Source: Octopus vulgaris
Taxonomy: Eukaryota
DNA length: 64,000 nucleotides
Direction of reading: 5' to 3'
Assembly: GCA_951406725.2 (NCBI GenBank)
Contig: OX597817.1
Location: forward strand, 127,472,001-127,536,000
This document shows, piece by piece, positions 25,793 through 38,351 of the stretch. The notes beneath the pieces were generated by a model that saw only the letters and a list, made by a program, of their open reading frames with translations, did not search any database and was not told the origin of the DNA. Every line of letters starts with the position of its first letter. The stretch's first letter is position 1. A program made the position numbers and the translations under genes.

Positions 25793-25795
<3 letters not shown>
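23553..25795 (+). mobile_element. Penelope-like element (Naiad-type), 5'-truncated, right palindrome arm with ~70-bp longer 3' tail
   Basis: Same RT and GIY-YIG motifs (ORFs 23985-24608 and 24807-25439 are one frame broken by TAA at 24606-24608). Ends in (TA)n. Confidence 0.93.
25631..25700 (+). ncRNA. Type I hammerhead ribozyme in the PLE 3' pLTR
   Basis: Stem I AGATAA/TTATCT; core CCGAAGA (U4C variant); stem II GATG...CATC with inner GTGGA/TCCAC; GAAA; palindromic stem III ACTC-A-GAGT; GUU cleavage triplet. Confidence 0.65.
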
Positions 25796-25860
<65 letters not shown>

Positions 25861-26063
25861 TGATTCGAATTTGTGTGAATGCGTATAGAATAATATAGCA
25901 GTCAAATAAAGTTAAAACAGTCTGCTTTTCACGTTTTTTATTATGGCATTTTAACAAAATTAGCGCTTTCATTCATAGTGTACCCATCAAATTTCAAATG
26001 TGTTCAACTGACAGTTGATTTCTGGGCAACTTTACTACCTCTTAGAACGGATATACCTTATCC

Positions 26064-26100
<37 letters not shown>

Positions 26101-26104
26101 TACT

Positions 26105-26151
<47 letters not shown>

Positions 26152-27419
26152 CTACATATACATTTATAAACATTAATATACATATATACGTCTATACATA
26201 CACATACATTTATATAAATATATCTCTTTCTCTTCCTTACTTTTTGTGTGAGATAATTGTATTTATGCATGTCAAGTATAAAGATACCACATAAATGTCA
26301 GATCAACCAAGACAGAATATAGACAAAGCATAAAAGAAATAGAATATAACAATAATTAATGAATAAGCTAAAGAAGAAAATTCCTGATTATAATTATGTG
26401 TCAACATTCTAGGAGCAAAATTCCAAAAGATCAAAATGGTAATCTATAGCTCTGTTTCAAATACAGGATTTCTAAGATCAATAGACAAAAACATTATAGA
26501 ATAAAATACTTTGATATCACATGATATACTATGCAATACAATAATCATTTGATATGAAAACCCACGAGAGATGACAGGAGCCATTATCTTAAAAGCAACA
26601 TTGTTGGTATGACATGTCATATTAATTATTTCACTTATAAAACAAAACAAAAAATATTTCAAAAATCAAAGTAAGTTCTATATCTGATTCCGTGTATAGT
26701 TTACATATTTTCTAAAAAAAAATATTATAAAACTTCTGAGGAAACATGAGAATCATTCATAATCTCAGATCTCTTTACACTGTTGAAATATATTCGATTT
26801 CGAATAAGAGTAAGAGAAAATAATATATGCCTCACTAATGACTGCTTTCGAAATTAAAGATGCTTCTGTTGTTCCACTGTCAAATATCTTTAATACATTT
26901 TGGGCCTGGAAATTATGAGCAAAATCTCTAGCTCGGAAGGATATAAGGGCGTTAGAACATTGCCCAGTCTTCCACAAACGTCATATTCACAAACTAATAA
27001 ACGTATATGTATATTTATATCCGGGTATGTGTTCCTCGACTGCTGCTTCTTAAACCATCAAACTTCAGAAACAACTATATATATGCACCCATAAATATGA
27101 TTTTTCAAATCTGCTACTACCCACCTTACTAGCCATAACAAAGGAAGAGAGAGAGGGAGAGAGAGAGAGAGACAGACAGAGACAGACAGACAGACACAAA
27201 AAAGGAAAATACCCTACCTATTTGAAGACTATTGAAATATTTACAAAACATTTAATTCAATTCTTTTTTTCAATGTAATTGTTTCTCTTTTTAATTAATA
27301 TCCAACTTTGTGTTACTCTTAGTTGAAAAAGTCGAGAAAACAGAAACCGGTACTAACCGCTACGAGATATATTTGTGAATAAAATTATTTTAGCATTTTC
27401 TACCTTGTCTTATTTTCCT

Positions 27420-27630
27420 TATATTATCTTCAGCGGTCGGTGGCATTTATCGCGCCGCTGGATTTTCTCCTCCCAGATGTCTGGGAAGATGCTGGCGTCT
27501 GTCAAATGTCTTTTCAGCACATCCCTTCATCGCAACCTCCTGACACCACGTACTGCCTGCCCTGACATAGTTCAGCTTAGAAAACAGCATCTGGGAGCTT
27601 GCTGCTTTTCTTCTGCAAACAGTAACTCAA
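27420..27630 (-). mobile_element. RTE-clade LINE C-terminal remnant
   Basis: Minus translation ..RLR*RDVLKRHLTDASIFPDIWEEKIQRRDKC fits the RTE 'D.LK..L....I....WE....R..W' tail. Confidence 0.55.
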
Positions 27631-28837
27631 TAGTAACTCAGGCATGAAGACAGTAAAACGTACGGAGGAATGGAAGAAAAAGATAGGCGGAAATATTGTG
27701 AATAACTAATGAGAAGTGGAAAGAAGAAAATGCCATGCAGTATAAAAGAGTAGTTAGTGGTGAAATATAATAAAATAACTGAGGTATGAGGAATGACTGA
27801 ATGATGAAGACACTGATAGTGATAGAAAGAGAAAGACAGAAAAAGAAGGAAAAATTTTAGTCTGATACTGAAAAGGGGAGGGAGACGTTGGAAAATGAAA
27901 AGAAAAGATAGAATAAAAGTTTCATAGAAAAGCTAAAAGAGAATTATAAATGGTGTTTTGTGTTTAACAATTTCTTGGATGCACACCAAAATCTATCAGC
28001 CACGAAATATCATTTACAAAACATATCTTTAATTAATTTTCCAGTTAATATATATTCCCGGTTACACTTGACCTGATACTATATATCAAGATAATGGGCA
28101 GCAGAGAAATTTGGAAAAATAGGATTCAGCGATTATGGCTACCAGTGTTTGTTAATAGTTGTTTTCTTTATCGACCCAGGAATGATGAGTATCAAAATTT
28201 ATCTCGATAGGAATGGAACACAGAACGTAAAGAGCCTGAACAAGTGCTGACGCACTAAAGTCTCTGAAATTAGACAGTCATCGCTTAAAGAAATATTATC
28301 TCGTTATCTATTTGCACAACGTGCACAACAACCTTCAATGGAAGATCCTGGATAGGGTTGTCCTATTAGAGTAGTTTTATATACATGTAAGGCACAGGGT
28401 GAATCTGCTCTAAGAAGTTAGTTTCCCAACCAGATGGTGGCACCTTGGGCTAGTGTGTTCGGCTATAACCTCGGGCAGACCAAAGCGATGACTGTGTTTT
28501 GGGTAGACGGAAGCTGAGAAAAGCCCGTCGTAAATGTGTATGTGAGTGTGTCTGTACGTGTGTATGTGTATATGTATGTGTATATGTATGTGCGTATACG
28601 TGTGTGTGTGTATGTTTGTGTGCGTGTGTTCGTGCGTCTTTATATCTGACGACAGGTGTTGGTGTGATTACGTCCCCGTAACGTAGCAGTTCGGCAATTT
28701 TTTTTTTTTAATGACAGAAAGAATACCAGGCTCAACATAGAATAAGGACTTGGTTCGATGTATTCAACTAAGATTGTTCAAAGCGTTGTCTCAGCAGACA
28801 AATGATTAAAAACGATAAATATAATATATATATGAAT

Positions 28838-29212
28838 AGGCGCAGGAGTTTCCTGTGTGGTAAGTAGCTTAGTTACCAACCACATGGTTCCGGGTTCAGT
28901 CCCATTGCGTGGCACCTTGGGCAAGTGTCTTCTACTATAGCCTCGGGCCGACCAAAGCCTTGTGAATGGATTTGGTAGAAGGAAACTGAAAGAATCCCAT
29001 CGTATATATGTATATATATATGTGTGTGTATTTGTCCCCCCCCCAACATCGCTTGACAACTGATGCTGGTGAGTTTACGTCCCCGTAACCTAGCGGTTCG
29101 GCAAAAGAGACCAATAGTATAAGTACTGGAGGTCGATTCCCTCTTCTAAATGCGGTGCTCCAGCATGACCGCAGTCAAATGACTGAAACAAGTAAAAGAG
29201 TAAAAGAGTAAA
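28838..29212 (+). mobile_element. tRNA-derived SINE, preceded by an older copy at ~28390-28820
   Basis: AGGCGCAGGAG..TGTGTGGTAAG, GGTTCAGTCCC, CACCTTGGGCAAGTGTCTT, AAAAGAGT tail. Confidence 0.88.
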
Positions 29213-29541
29213 TGTATTATCACTTATTTACACTACTGACTATAATCAAATGAATGTTGTAAATTTCTATCATAGATAATGTATAATCTGTAAACATCCA
29301 GCTGAGCAATAAAATTACTAAAATTAGTGGCTTAGGCAGGAGCTATTAAAAGAAATTTTCAGTCAGATACCTTAAACATTTCTTTAAGTTAACATCGCTA
29401 TTATAGGATTTCGCTCAAAAACTAACACAAATTTTCATTCAAACTTCTTTAACATTCTTGTAAAACTTGTTTTCCCATCAGGAGTTACTGTTGTACTTAG
29501 TTAAAGCAAAATAAAACCTATATGTAGATCGTTACATGGAA

Positions 29542-29583
<42 letters not shown>

Positions 29584-29693
29584 GTATATATATGTATATA
29601 TGTACTAAATTTATGTGCGTGTGAATGTCTGCTTGTATAGATATACGCCTGCCACCACCATATATATATACATATATATGTATACAGATATAT

Positions 29694-29755
<62 letters not shown>

Positions 29756-29822
29756 TATATATATGTCTATATAAATATATATATATATATATACAGATAT
29801 TTATTCATATCTCTTTCTCACA

Positions 29823-29868
<46 letters not shown>

Positions 29869-30285
29869 GCGTTTATTAGCCAATATTTGTGTCGTGTATT
29901 ATACATGCACTGAATGTTAAAACTGATAACAGTAAATTCTTTTCGCTTGCACTCAGTCTAACTTCATTTTCAGTGTGTATGTACATGCATGTTTATGTGT
30001 GTGAACGTGTATGCGTGTGAAAGCGAGAGTGTGCGCGAACGTGTGTGTACGTATGTACATACGTACACACCTCACACCTATTTATGTATATGAACATGCA
30101 CATATATATATATACTTTATATATATATATATATATATTGTACATATACATACACAGAGAGAAAGAGACAGGAAGACGTAAATATAAGTGTGTGTTTATG
30201 AGTAAAAAGATAGGTGAGATGTGTGTGTATATATATACAAAGAGAGAGTGAGGGGTGCATATACATGTATGTATGAGTGTGTGAG

Positions 30286-30343
<58 letters not shown>

Positions 30344-30623
30344 TATGTGCATCTATGTGTATTTACACTATACATATACACGCAAAGATGCATACGGTTG
30401 CATCACCTGTTATCTTTCTCATCTTTTCACATATATGTCAATAAGTTTGTAATTTCAATTTTTCTGCATTTCTTTCTCTTTCTCAAAGACGTAGAATATT
30501 GGGTTTTTCCAGGTTTTGACTTCTTTCAATTTCTCGTTTCTTTACTTTGTAATGTAAGTTTTTACACTTCACCTGTTCTAATCTTCTTCAGCGTTGTGAT
30601 TTTTCGTTTATTATTATTATTAT

Positions 30624-30712
<89 letters not shown>

Positions 30713-30952
30713 TTAACTTAAATCTTAAATTCTTTAAATTCATTTGTAGTTTTTCGACATGACTAAAAGAATTCGCTGCATATGTTGAATTCACTGATAC
30801 ATGAACACGCGAGAAAATGTAGTCTTTAAGAATATGCATGCGATTATCTATGTATCTCTAACTTACTCTTTATTGATCTCTCTTTCTTTCTCTCTCTCTC
30901 TCTCTCTCCCTTTCACATTATATATATAAATATATATATACATACATACATA

Positions 30953-30991
<39 letters not shown>

Positions 30992-30994
<3 letters not shown>

Positions 30995-31345
30995 CGCAGG
31001 AGTGGCTGTGTGGTAAGTAGCTTGCTAACCAGCCACAGGGTTCCGGGTTCAGTCCCACTGCGTGGCATCTTGGGCAAGTGTCTTGTGAGTTGATTTGGTA
31101 GACGGAAACTGAAAGAAGCCTGTCGTATATATGTATATATATATATGTATGTGTGTGTATGTGTTTGTGTGTCTGTGTTTGTCCCTCTAGCATTGCTTGA
31201 CAACCGTTGCTGGTGTGTTTACGTCCCCGTTACTTAGCGGTTCGGCAAAAGAGACCGAATACAAAGAATAAGTCCCGGGGTCGATTTGTTCGACTAAAGG
31301 CGGTGCTCCAGCATGGCCGCAGTCAAATGACTGAAACAATTAAAA
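30992..31345 (+). mobile_element. tRNA-derived SINE with two internal deletions, inserted in (TA)n
   Basis: Colinear with 17716-18130 but lacks the CTATAGCC..GCCTT block and part of the 3' block. Confidence 0.88.
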
Positions 31346-31636
31346 GAGTAAAAGAGTAAAGAGTATATATGTATGTATGTATGTATGTACGTATGTATGT
31401 ATATATATATAGGCATGTTTGTACGTATGGTATGTGTACAATCACATACACATGTATTACGCCTGTGGATATGTATTTATACTTCGTGTTATATACGTAG
31501 ACATATGTGTGTATATGTGTGTGTGTGTTAATATTATATAAATATATTCTTTTCTTCTTTTACTTGTTTCTGTCATTTGATTGCGGTTATGCTGCAGCAA
31601 CACTTTAAAGGTTTTTAGTCGAAGAAATCAATCCAA

Positions 31637-32065
31637 GTGTTGTTAGACCATGTGAACTCAATAAAGCCATCCATACAGTTCACAATTGAAAAAGAAAAAG
31701 CCAATCAGCTAGCATTTCTTGACGTATTAATAACACGCACCAAGTATGGATTCAGGACATCCGTATACTTTGAGAATTTGGCTTTAGGATCAACACCTCT
31801 AAAAACCAACCCTATGGCTGCGATGTGTTGATGACACCTACGTACTCTGGCCCCACCAGGAAGATGTCCAAGTGGTGTTAGATCATGTGCACCCAATAAA
31901 GCTATCCATACAGTTCACAATGGAAAAAGAAAAAGACAATCATCTAACATTCCAGAACGTATTAAATAACACGCGCACCAAGTATGGATTCAGGGCATCC
32001 GGACACCGCCAAGCTGACCTTCACTGGACGATATCTCAACTTCAGCTCTCCCCATCCATGCAGTG
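31637..32065 (+). mobile_element. Penelope-like RT fragment, partially tandem duplicated (a family other than the Naiad)
   Basis: LLDHVNSIKPSIQFTIEKEKANQLAFLDVLITRT..FRTSVY occurs twice (31637-31768 and 31872-32000), then KLTFTGRYLNFSSPHP. Confidence 0.8.
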
Positions 32066-32176
32066 TTCAGAAACACTTGGATACAAATATGCATATTTAT
32101 ATATGCACACAAACACACACACATACATACAGGCGTGCACACCACACACACAGATATACAGGCACACGCAAACATT

Positions 32177-32235
<59 letters not shown>

Positions 32236-33129
32236 GCTGTTCGACGTACATCTATACATATCGATACTTAAGTAATTCTAGCTGTTACGTAAAATGTCTT
32301 TAAGCTACGTAGGTTTTAGTTCAAAATCGATTATTACCACGCACACCTTACTCTACAGTTTCACTATATATAATGCACATTCATAATTGAAAATATAGGC
32401 TTCATAGTATATATTACAGCAATGAACATTATATATGTACAGAGGCACACAATCAACATTCATGTGGGCACTCAACAAATGCAAAGTCATGTACATTAAA
32501 GCATAAATATATACATATATCTACATCTACTTTTATATATCTCTCAGTGTGTATGTACAGAGGGATGGAGATTGGGGATCAAGTACAAGGACGGAGATAA
32601 ATATACTGTTGTGCATTTATGCATACATGCATTAATATAACTATATATATATATGCATATAAGTGCGTGTGTATACGTATTTGCATGTAAGCATCCTTCA
32701 GTATTATACATACACGCACATACATAGCCTTGTTGCATGTACGTTTGCTGTGTACGTATGGTATTGATAATGAAGATTGTGGAATTTGTGTTTATGCATA
32801 CATATATTTACTTAGTGTGTAGGTATGTACATTTAAACATGTATATATGCGTGATTTTGTTTGATTGTACGAATATATCTATCGGAAAATTTCCACAAGG
32901 ATCACAGTCAGCCGACACGCCGCACTGTTGGAGTCATAACTAACTGAATCTCAATTGCTTTTTGACATTCTAGAAACACTATTGGTATGATTTTCTCTAC
33001 TGGTTAAGTTCGGTTACGGGAACAATACCATGAACATCATATGTCACCATTACACGTCTTTCTATGACCTCATTGTGTAATTTGATTCTATAGAGACTAG
33101 AGATCCGTAAAAAGTATTGGCCAAACGTG

Positions 33130-33501
33130 GGTCATAAAATTTCATCGAAATAATGCGACTCCTGCAATCAGCATTTAAACTGAATTGCCATGGTAATCTT
33201 CCGTGATACAACAGTTTGAATTTGAAGTGGAGTAAAACACATATTTGTAATTGTTCCCACGTTGTTTTCCGTTTGTCCCTCAGCTATTCTCGGATTCACT
33301 GTAGGTAAAATATCACCAAATGTCCGTCCAGATCTTATAATGAACAGATAGCCAGTTATTCCGACTTTAAACACACCGTGCAAAACGAAGGAGTGCGACT
33401 GCATCATAATTAAAATTTCAATATGCGGACGAGTTAGAGTCACTTCATTAGAAGTACTTGAGGCTGTTATCGACATTTTTACCGAGAGCATAAATTTAAC
33501 T
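33130..33501 (-). pseudogene. Possible decayed F-type lectin (fucolectin/F5/8C-like) exon
   Basis: Acceptor TTTGCTTTTAAG, then frameshifted YALGK..TASST, W-SV..DLDG and MCFT...IQFKC in the expected order. Confidence 0.25.
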
Positions 33502-33649
33502 CTTAAAAGCAAATAAAACAAAGTTTTGCATCACAATCACCCTAGAAGTTGGAAATTGGTCTTACCATTCTGGTACACTGACAAGGGGAAATACAAAGGA
33601 CATTCAATCTCTGCAGAGTCTCCAACATTATATGCAAATATTCCTTTCA

Positions 33650-33855
33650 AGATTTGGTAGACGGCCATCAATTTTGAGGGAGAGATAGGTCGATTAGATC
33701 GACCCTAATACTCAACTGGTACTTTATTTTATCTACCCCGAAAGGATAGAAGGCAGAGTCGACCTCAGCAAAATTTGACCTCAGGCGGTAGAGACGGACG
33801 GAAAGCTCTTAAGCATTTTGCCCTGCGTGCTAACATCTCTGACAACTGCCGCTTC
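33650..33855 (-). mobile_element. Nin-domain SINE
   Basis: CTGGTACTTTATTTTATC.ACCCCGAAAGGATAGAAGGCAGAGTCGACCTC. Confidence 0.7.
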
Positions 33856-34843
33856 ACTATATGCAAATATTGATATGAGAAAATCTAATACCAGACAAAA
33901 TGTGTCAAAGCCTCTCTTTTTGTTTGTTTGATAAGAGACGTATATGGAGGTGATGATCTGAAGCAAACAAATATACTTATAGTGTATAAGGCAGCTTTCT
34001 CTCATACGATTCTGAAACCTGGACAAATTATCGGTAATATTTTCAGCTGGAAATACACTATCACAGCTATCTGAGGCAAATCTAGAACATCAGATGGCAG
34101 AAGAAATGGAGAAACGTCAGATTGCTGGCACAAGATAATATCTTCTAAAATGAAACCATGATTACGCGACATAAGCTTAGATTGTTTAACCAGACAACTG
34201 ATTTTTTAATGATTACACAGAAACAAAAGATCTCACTTGAAGCGAAAGATCTTCTTTATTGACCTATTCAATCAGAGAGAGGCCAGCAAAAGTCAAAACG
34301 GATGGACAATCAAGAGTATTTTTCGCATTCTTCAGGGAATGTCGAATATATTTTTACAATTTGTTTTCATATGCTTTCAATAAATTTATATAAAAAGAGT
34401 CAAGGTAGAATTTTTGCTCACTACTTTACAGGCATGGTCAATTACCCATACCTGAAACATGCCGAGATACAGACATTTTATTAAAAACAATATTACAGAA
34501 GAACATATATGTTTAACATTAAGCCTGGAGGAAGAAGGAATTTCAAAAGTGTATTAGAATTGAAAATACTCAGTAAGTATCAGCATTGGAATAAAATATT
34601 TAGCTATTGGCAGCTGAGTTTTAAGCTTCTAAGTCTGTGCTGTATAATCTTCTTTCTTTGGCAAACTCTGCAACTTTGTAGGATTCACATAATTCTGCAT
34701 TATGTATTAAAATTGATAAACTGCATCAGTTTTCGATATTCTATAATCGGTAATTCAATAGCAATGCGACTAAAATACTTATAGCAATGTATCTACTTCA
34801 GTAACGTCAAGACTATACACATTCACACACAAACACACACACG

Positions 34844-34878
<35 letters not shown>

Positions 34879-35129
34879 GTATGTGTGTGTATATGTGTAT
34901 ATATATATGTGTATATATGTATTTATATGTATGTATTTATATATATATATATACATATATATACATGTATTTATGAATATATGTGTATATATATGTATAT
35001 ATATGTGTGTGTATGCATATATATATATATATGTGTGTGTGTAGATATATATATGTGTATATAAATATATATATATATATATGTATATACATGTCTATCT
35101 ATCTGTTTATCTTTCTATCTATCTATCTA

Positions 35130-35178
<49 letters not shown>

Positions 35179-35997
35179 ATGTGTGTGTGTATATATATTC
35201 ACACACATTCTCAGAAACAAATACGTCGCATGTAATGCTATAAAGCATATACATGAATACATACTTTGGACGCATATTCAACATACTGTATATACATATC
35301 CGGATTTATAGCATGTCTGCAACCAAGATTCATTCATGCACACAAATAACGAACCAGTCATATATATATATACCGGCAGAAAATAACGTGTATACTGTTA
35401 CACACACACACACAATCACGCGCGGGCATACAAACACAGGTGCGCATAATCACACACACGCATATAAATGCTCTTCTTTATTAGTAAATATGCTTATAGT
35501 AATTCCCTTAGATATTTTCAAAGAATCCCAAAATAGTTCTGACGACATGTATTTCTTGTGATGTACGTTTGTACATGGTATTTCTTTGTTACATATATGT
35601 ATATGTGTTTGTATATATATATGTATATACGCTTATAATTTAAACATATACTTACACATACATACATATGTATATATATATATATGTATGTATTTATGTA
35701 TACACGTACATATACATGTATGCATACATGTATATATGCATGTATATGCACAAGTATATATATACATTCTATGTACATGTGTGTATACATATACATGCGT
35801 GAATACATATATACATGCGTGTACATATATATATATGTGTATGTGTGTGTATGTATGTATGTATGTATTATGTGTGTGTATGTGTGTGTGTGTGTGTGTG
35901 TTTGTGTGTGTGTTTGTGTGTGTGCTCGCTTTGTAATCACGTGGGTCTGGGAATTTGTCAGAAACTGTGGAATAGCTGCGAACATAAACAGACGCAC

Positions 35998-36282
35998 GTT
36001 TTTCTTCCTCGCCTTTCATCCATCCTGTATGTGATATCTGAAGAAAGTCAGTACTGCACATGCGCACTGGCTTGTATTCCTTAGGCCGTAATGAGTACCA
36101 GTTATTGAGCTTGTGGCACATTCACTTCCTTCAGTAACCACACACTTGTTCTTCGGTGGATCGAGTGGACTCCGGCGTAAGATATGCAACATGTCAGGCT
36201 GAAGATACAGTAGAGGTCTCATACACAACATTCCATCCAATCAAACTATGTGATTGCGAAGCAAAGTTCTTTGCTATACATT
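35998..36282 (-). pseudogene. Possible decayed phase-1/phase-1 exon (PAN/apple-like)
   Basis: TTTATTAG acceptor and GTGCGT donor bound 285 nt, giving ECIAKNF..VVYETSTVSSA*HVAYL..VCGY*RK*MCHKL.. with three stops. Confidence 0.25.
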
Positions 36283-37237
36283 CTAATAAATGTATATACA
36301 AGGAACATCTGCACCGCTTCCTAGAGCTAAATTATATTCGCAAATTAGTGGTCAAATAAAAGGATACAGAAAAAAGCACCTGCAAAGATGTTATGCATTG
36401 GAATCGAACATAGAACTACATGGTTGAAAATCGAACTATTTAACCTGCTCGGACATATGCCATTACGTCTGAAGGAAAAATTACTAACTGATCATTAATG
36501 AAATTTCTTTTATCATCGCTCTATTCAAATCCAACGAGTCTGGTGTCAATGTTCAACAGCAGCAAGAATCACAACCAAACTCGTGAGAATGAGTGGTGGC
36601 AAAAGAAAACAGAAACATAAATGACAAGCAGGGAACAACTACAGGGTTGTTTGATGTAAAAGACATAGCAGCCAAATATCCTTCAAATTACACTGACTTG
36701 AAATTGGAAGGGCACTGGATAATGTAGTACTTGCATAGTCTCAACTGAATATGCATCAATATTATTTTATGGATTAGTTAAGGGAGAAAGCAGCGCCCAT
36801 ACCCATTGTAGGGCCTCAGAGTCTTTTGAGTGCATTGTGGAAAGAAATAGGCACAACTAATGCGTTGCTTGCATGAAAAAAAGTAGCATCCCAAATATCG
36901 GTTTCAAATTTTGGCACAAGACCAATCCCAAATACTGAGTTATCTTTACACAAAGGATCAAATCTCCATGTCAAGTACTTATTCTCTTTAGTAAGAAGGA
37001 CCAAGTTTAATTGCGGTGGGGATTGAGACTAGATTGGATAACGAAACTAAATACTAGTGCATATTATCTGCCACACTACCATTGTCTTGATAGTAATTAA
37101 AAATAATCAATCCAAAGTCAGACATTTATTTAGGTCAAAGGTCAAGCATATTCAACTAAACTGATCAAGTACATTACTGTAATGTACTTGATAAAATCAA
37201 ATCAATTATCATTAGTTTTGACTACAAGAGCTGAGAG

Positions 37238-37280
<43 letters not shown>

Positions 37281-37287
<7 letters not shown>

Positions 37288-37428
37288 TTGTTTCAGTCAT
37301 TTGACTGCGGCCATGCTGGAGCACCGCCTTTAATCGAGCAACTCGACCCCGGGACTTATTCTTTTGTAAGCCCAGTACTTATTCTATCGGTCTCTTTTGC
37401 CGAACCGCTAAGTAAGGAGAGACGCAAA
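37281..37428 (-). mobile_element. 3' half of the tRNA-derived SINE
   Basis: Reverse complement of ~17975-18115. Confidence 0.85.
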
Positions 37429-37962
37429 CAATTTCTATAAAGCTCCCAGTCCTGCATTTTGGTAATAGATTCTTCGTCAGGATTGAGGACTGGCAGTCAG
37501 GTGTTCGAGCAACTAAATTTCTACACGAGAAATTAACCTTTAATCAGCTGAGCATACTACAGACACGTTTACATATAAAGCAATTTTCTGGCGGAATCAG
37601 AGAGACAATATAAAAGGGCTGAACCCCCGAATTACAGGTACAATCAAGAGGGGAAAAGCGAAAGTTAGAGAAAAAGAGAGAAGTATTGGTTATTGACTCC
37701 AGTACAATTCAGAATGGTTTATTTATCGACCTTGAAAATATAAAAGATGAAGCTAACAGGTGGGACTGGAATTCAGGAATAAAGAACCGGAAAGATTATT
37801 TAAAGGCACCTCATCCCGCATCCTAAATCTCTTGCCAATTCACTGCCTTGCATTTCTATGAATACTGCAATTGGTTATACGGATTTATTATATTGATAAA
37901 AATCATCAATTTTAGATATTAGCGGATCATTATATTTGACCGAAACTTATCTTTTTTCATTT

Positions 37963-38351
37963 TAACTCTGCGCTCGTAAGCGAAAGAGGGTATTGTCATC
38001 ACTCGTCTTCCTATGTTTGTCTCTGTGTTTACAACATAAATGGAAAACGGCTGAACAGATTTTCACCAAATTTGGCAGAAATAGTCATTGGGAGAGTGGC
38101 TCGAAATAATGAAAATTTGGTTTAATTATCTACAAACATGCATAAATACAGACATAGTTCTCCGACTCAGTGTGTCTTTGTGTGTGTGTGTATATATGTG
38201 TGTGCGTGCTTGTGTGTGTACAGTGATGGATTCGAAGGTTTCGTTTATTTACGAGTTGATTTCTTAATTTCACCGGAATATAAATACCTTTAATGCTGAT
38301 ACTTAAAAAAAAATTATCTGCGCGCAGGGTATGCATTGCTCCTCCAATGCC
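37963..38351 (+). mobile_element. Helentron-associated non-autonomous element (HINE/DINE-1-like)
   Basis: Subterminal inverted repeats TAACTCTGCGC / GCGCAGGGTA, a GTCT-like tract, an ACGGCTGAACAGATTTTCACCAAATTTGG core, a 3' hairpin GCATTG-CTCCTC-CAATGC, and T-run flanks. Confidence 0.6.

Noticed and set aside
21365-25795. TIR DNA transposon or Polinton
   Set aside because: The inverted arms are themselves RT/GIY-YIG coding sequence, with no internal transposase or polymerase.
29532-30721. ORFs rich in YI/HT/CV/poly-I (also at 6.1, 12.3, 26, 35, 49.7, 52.3 and 58 kb)
   Set aside because: Translations of (TA)n, (CA)n and trinucleotide microsatellites.
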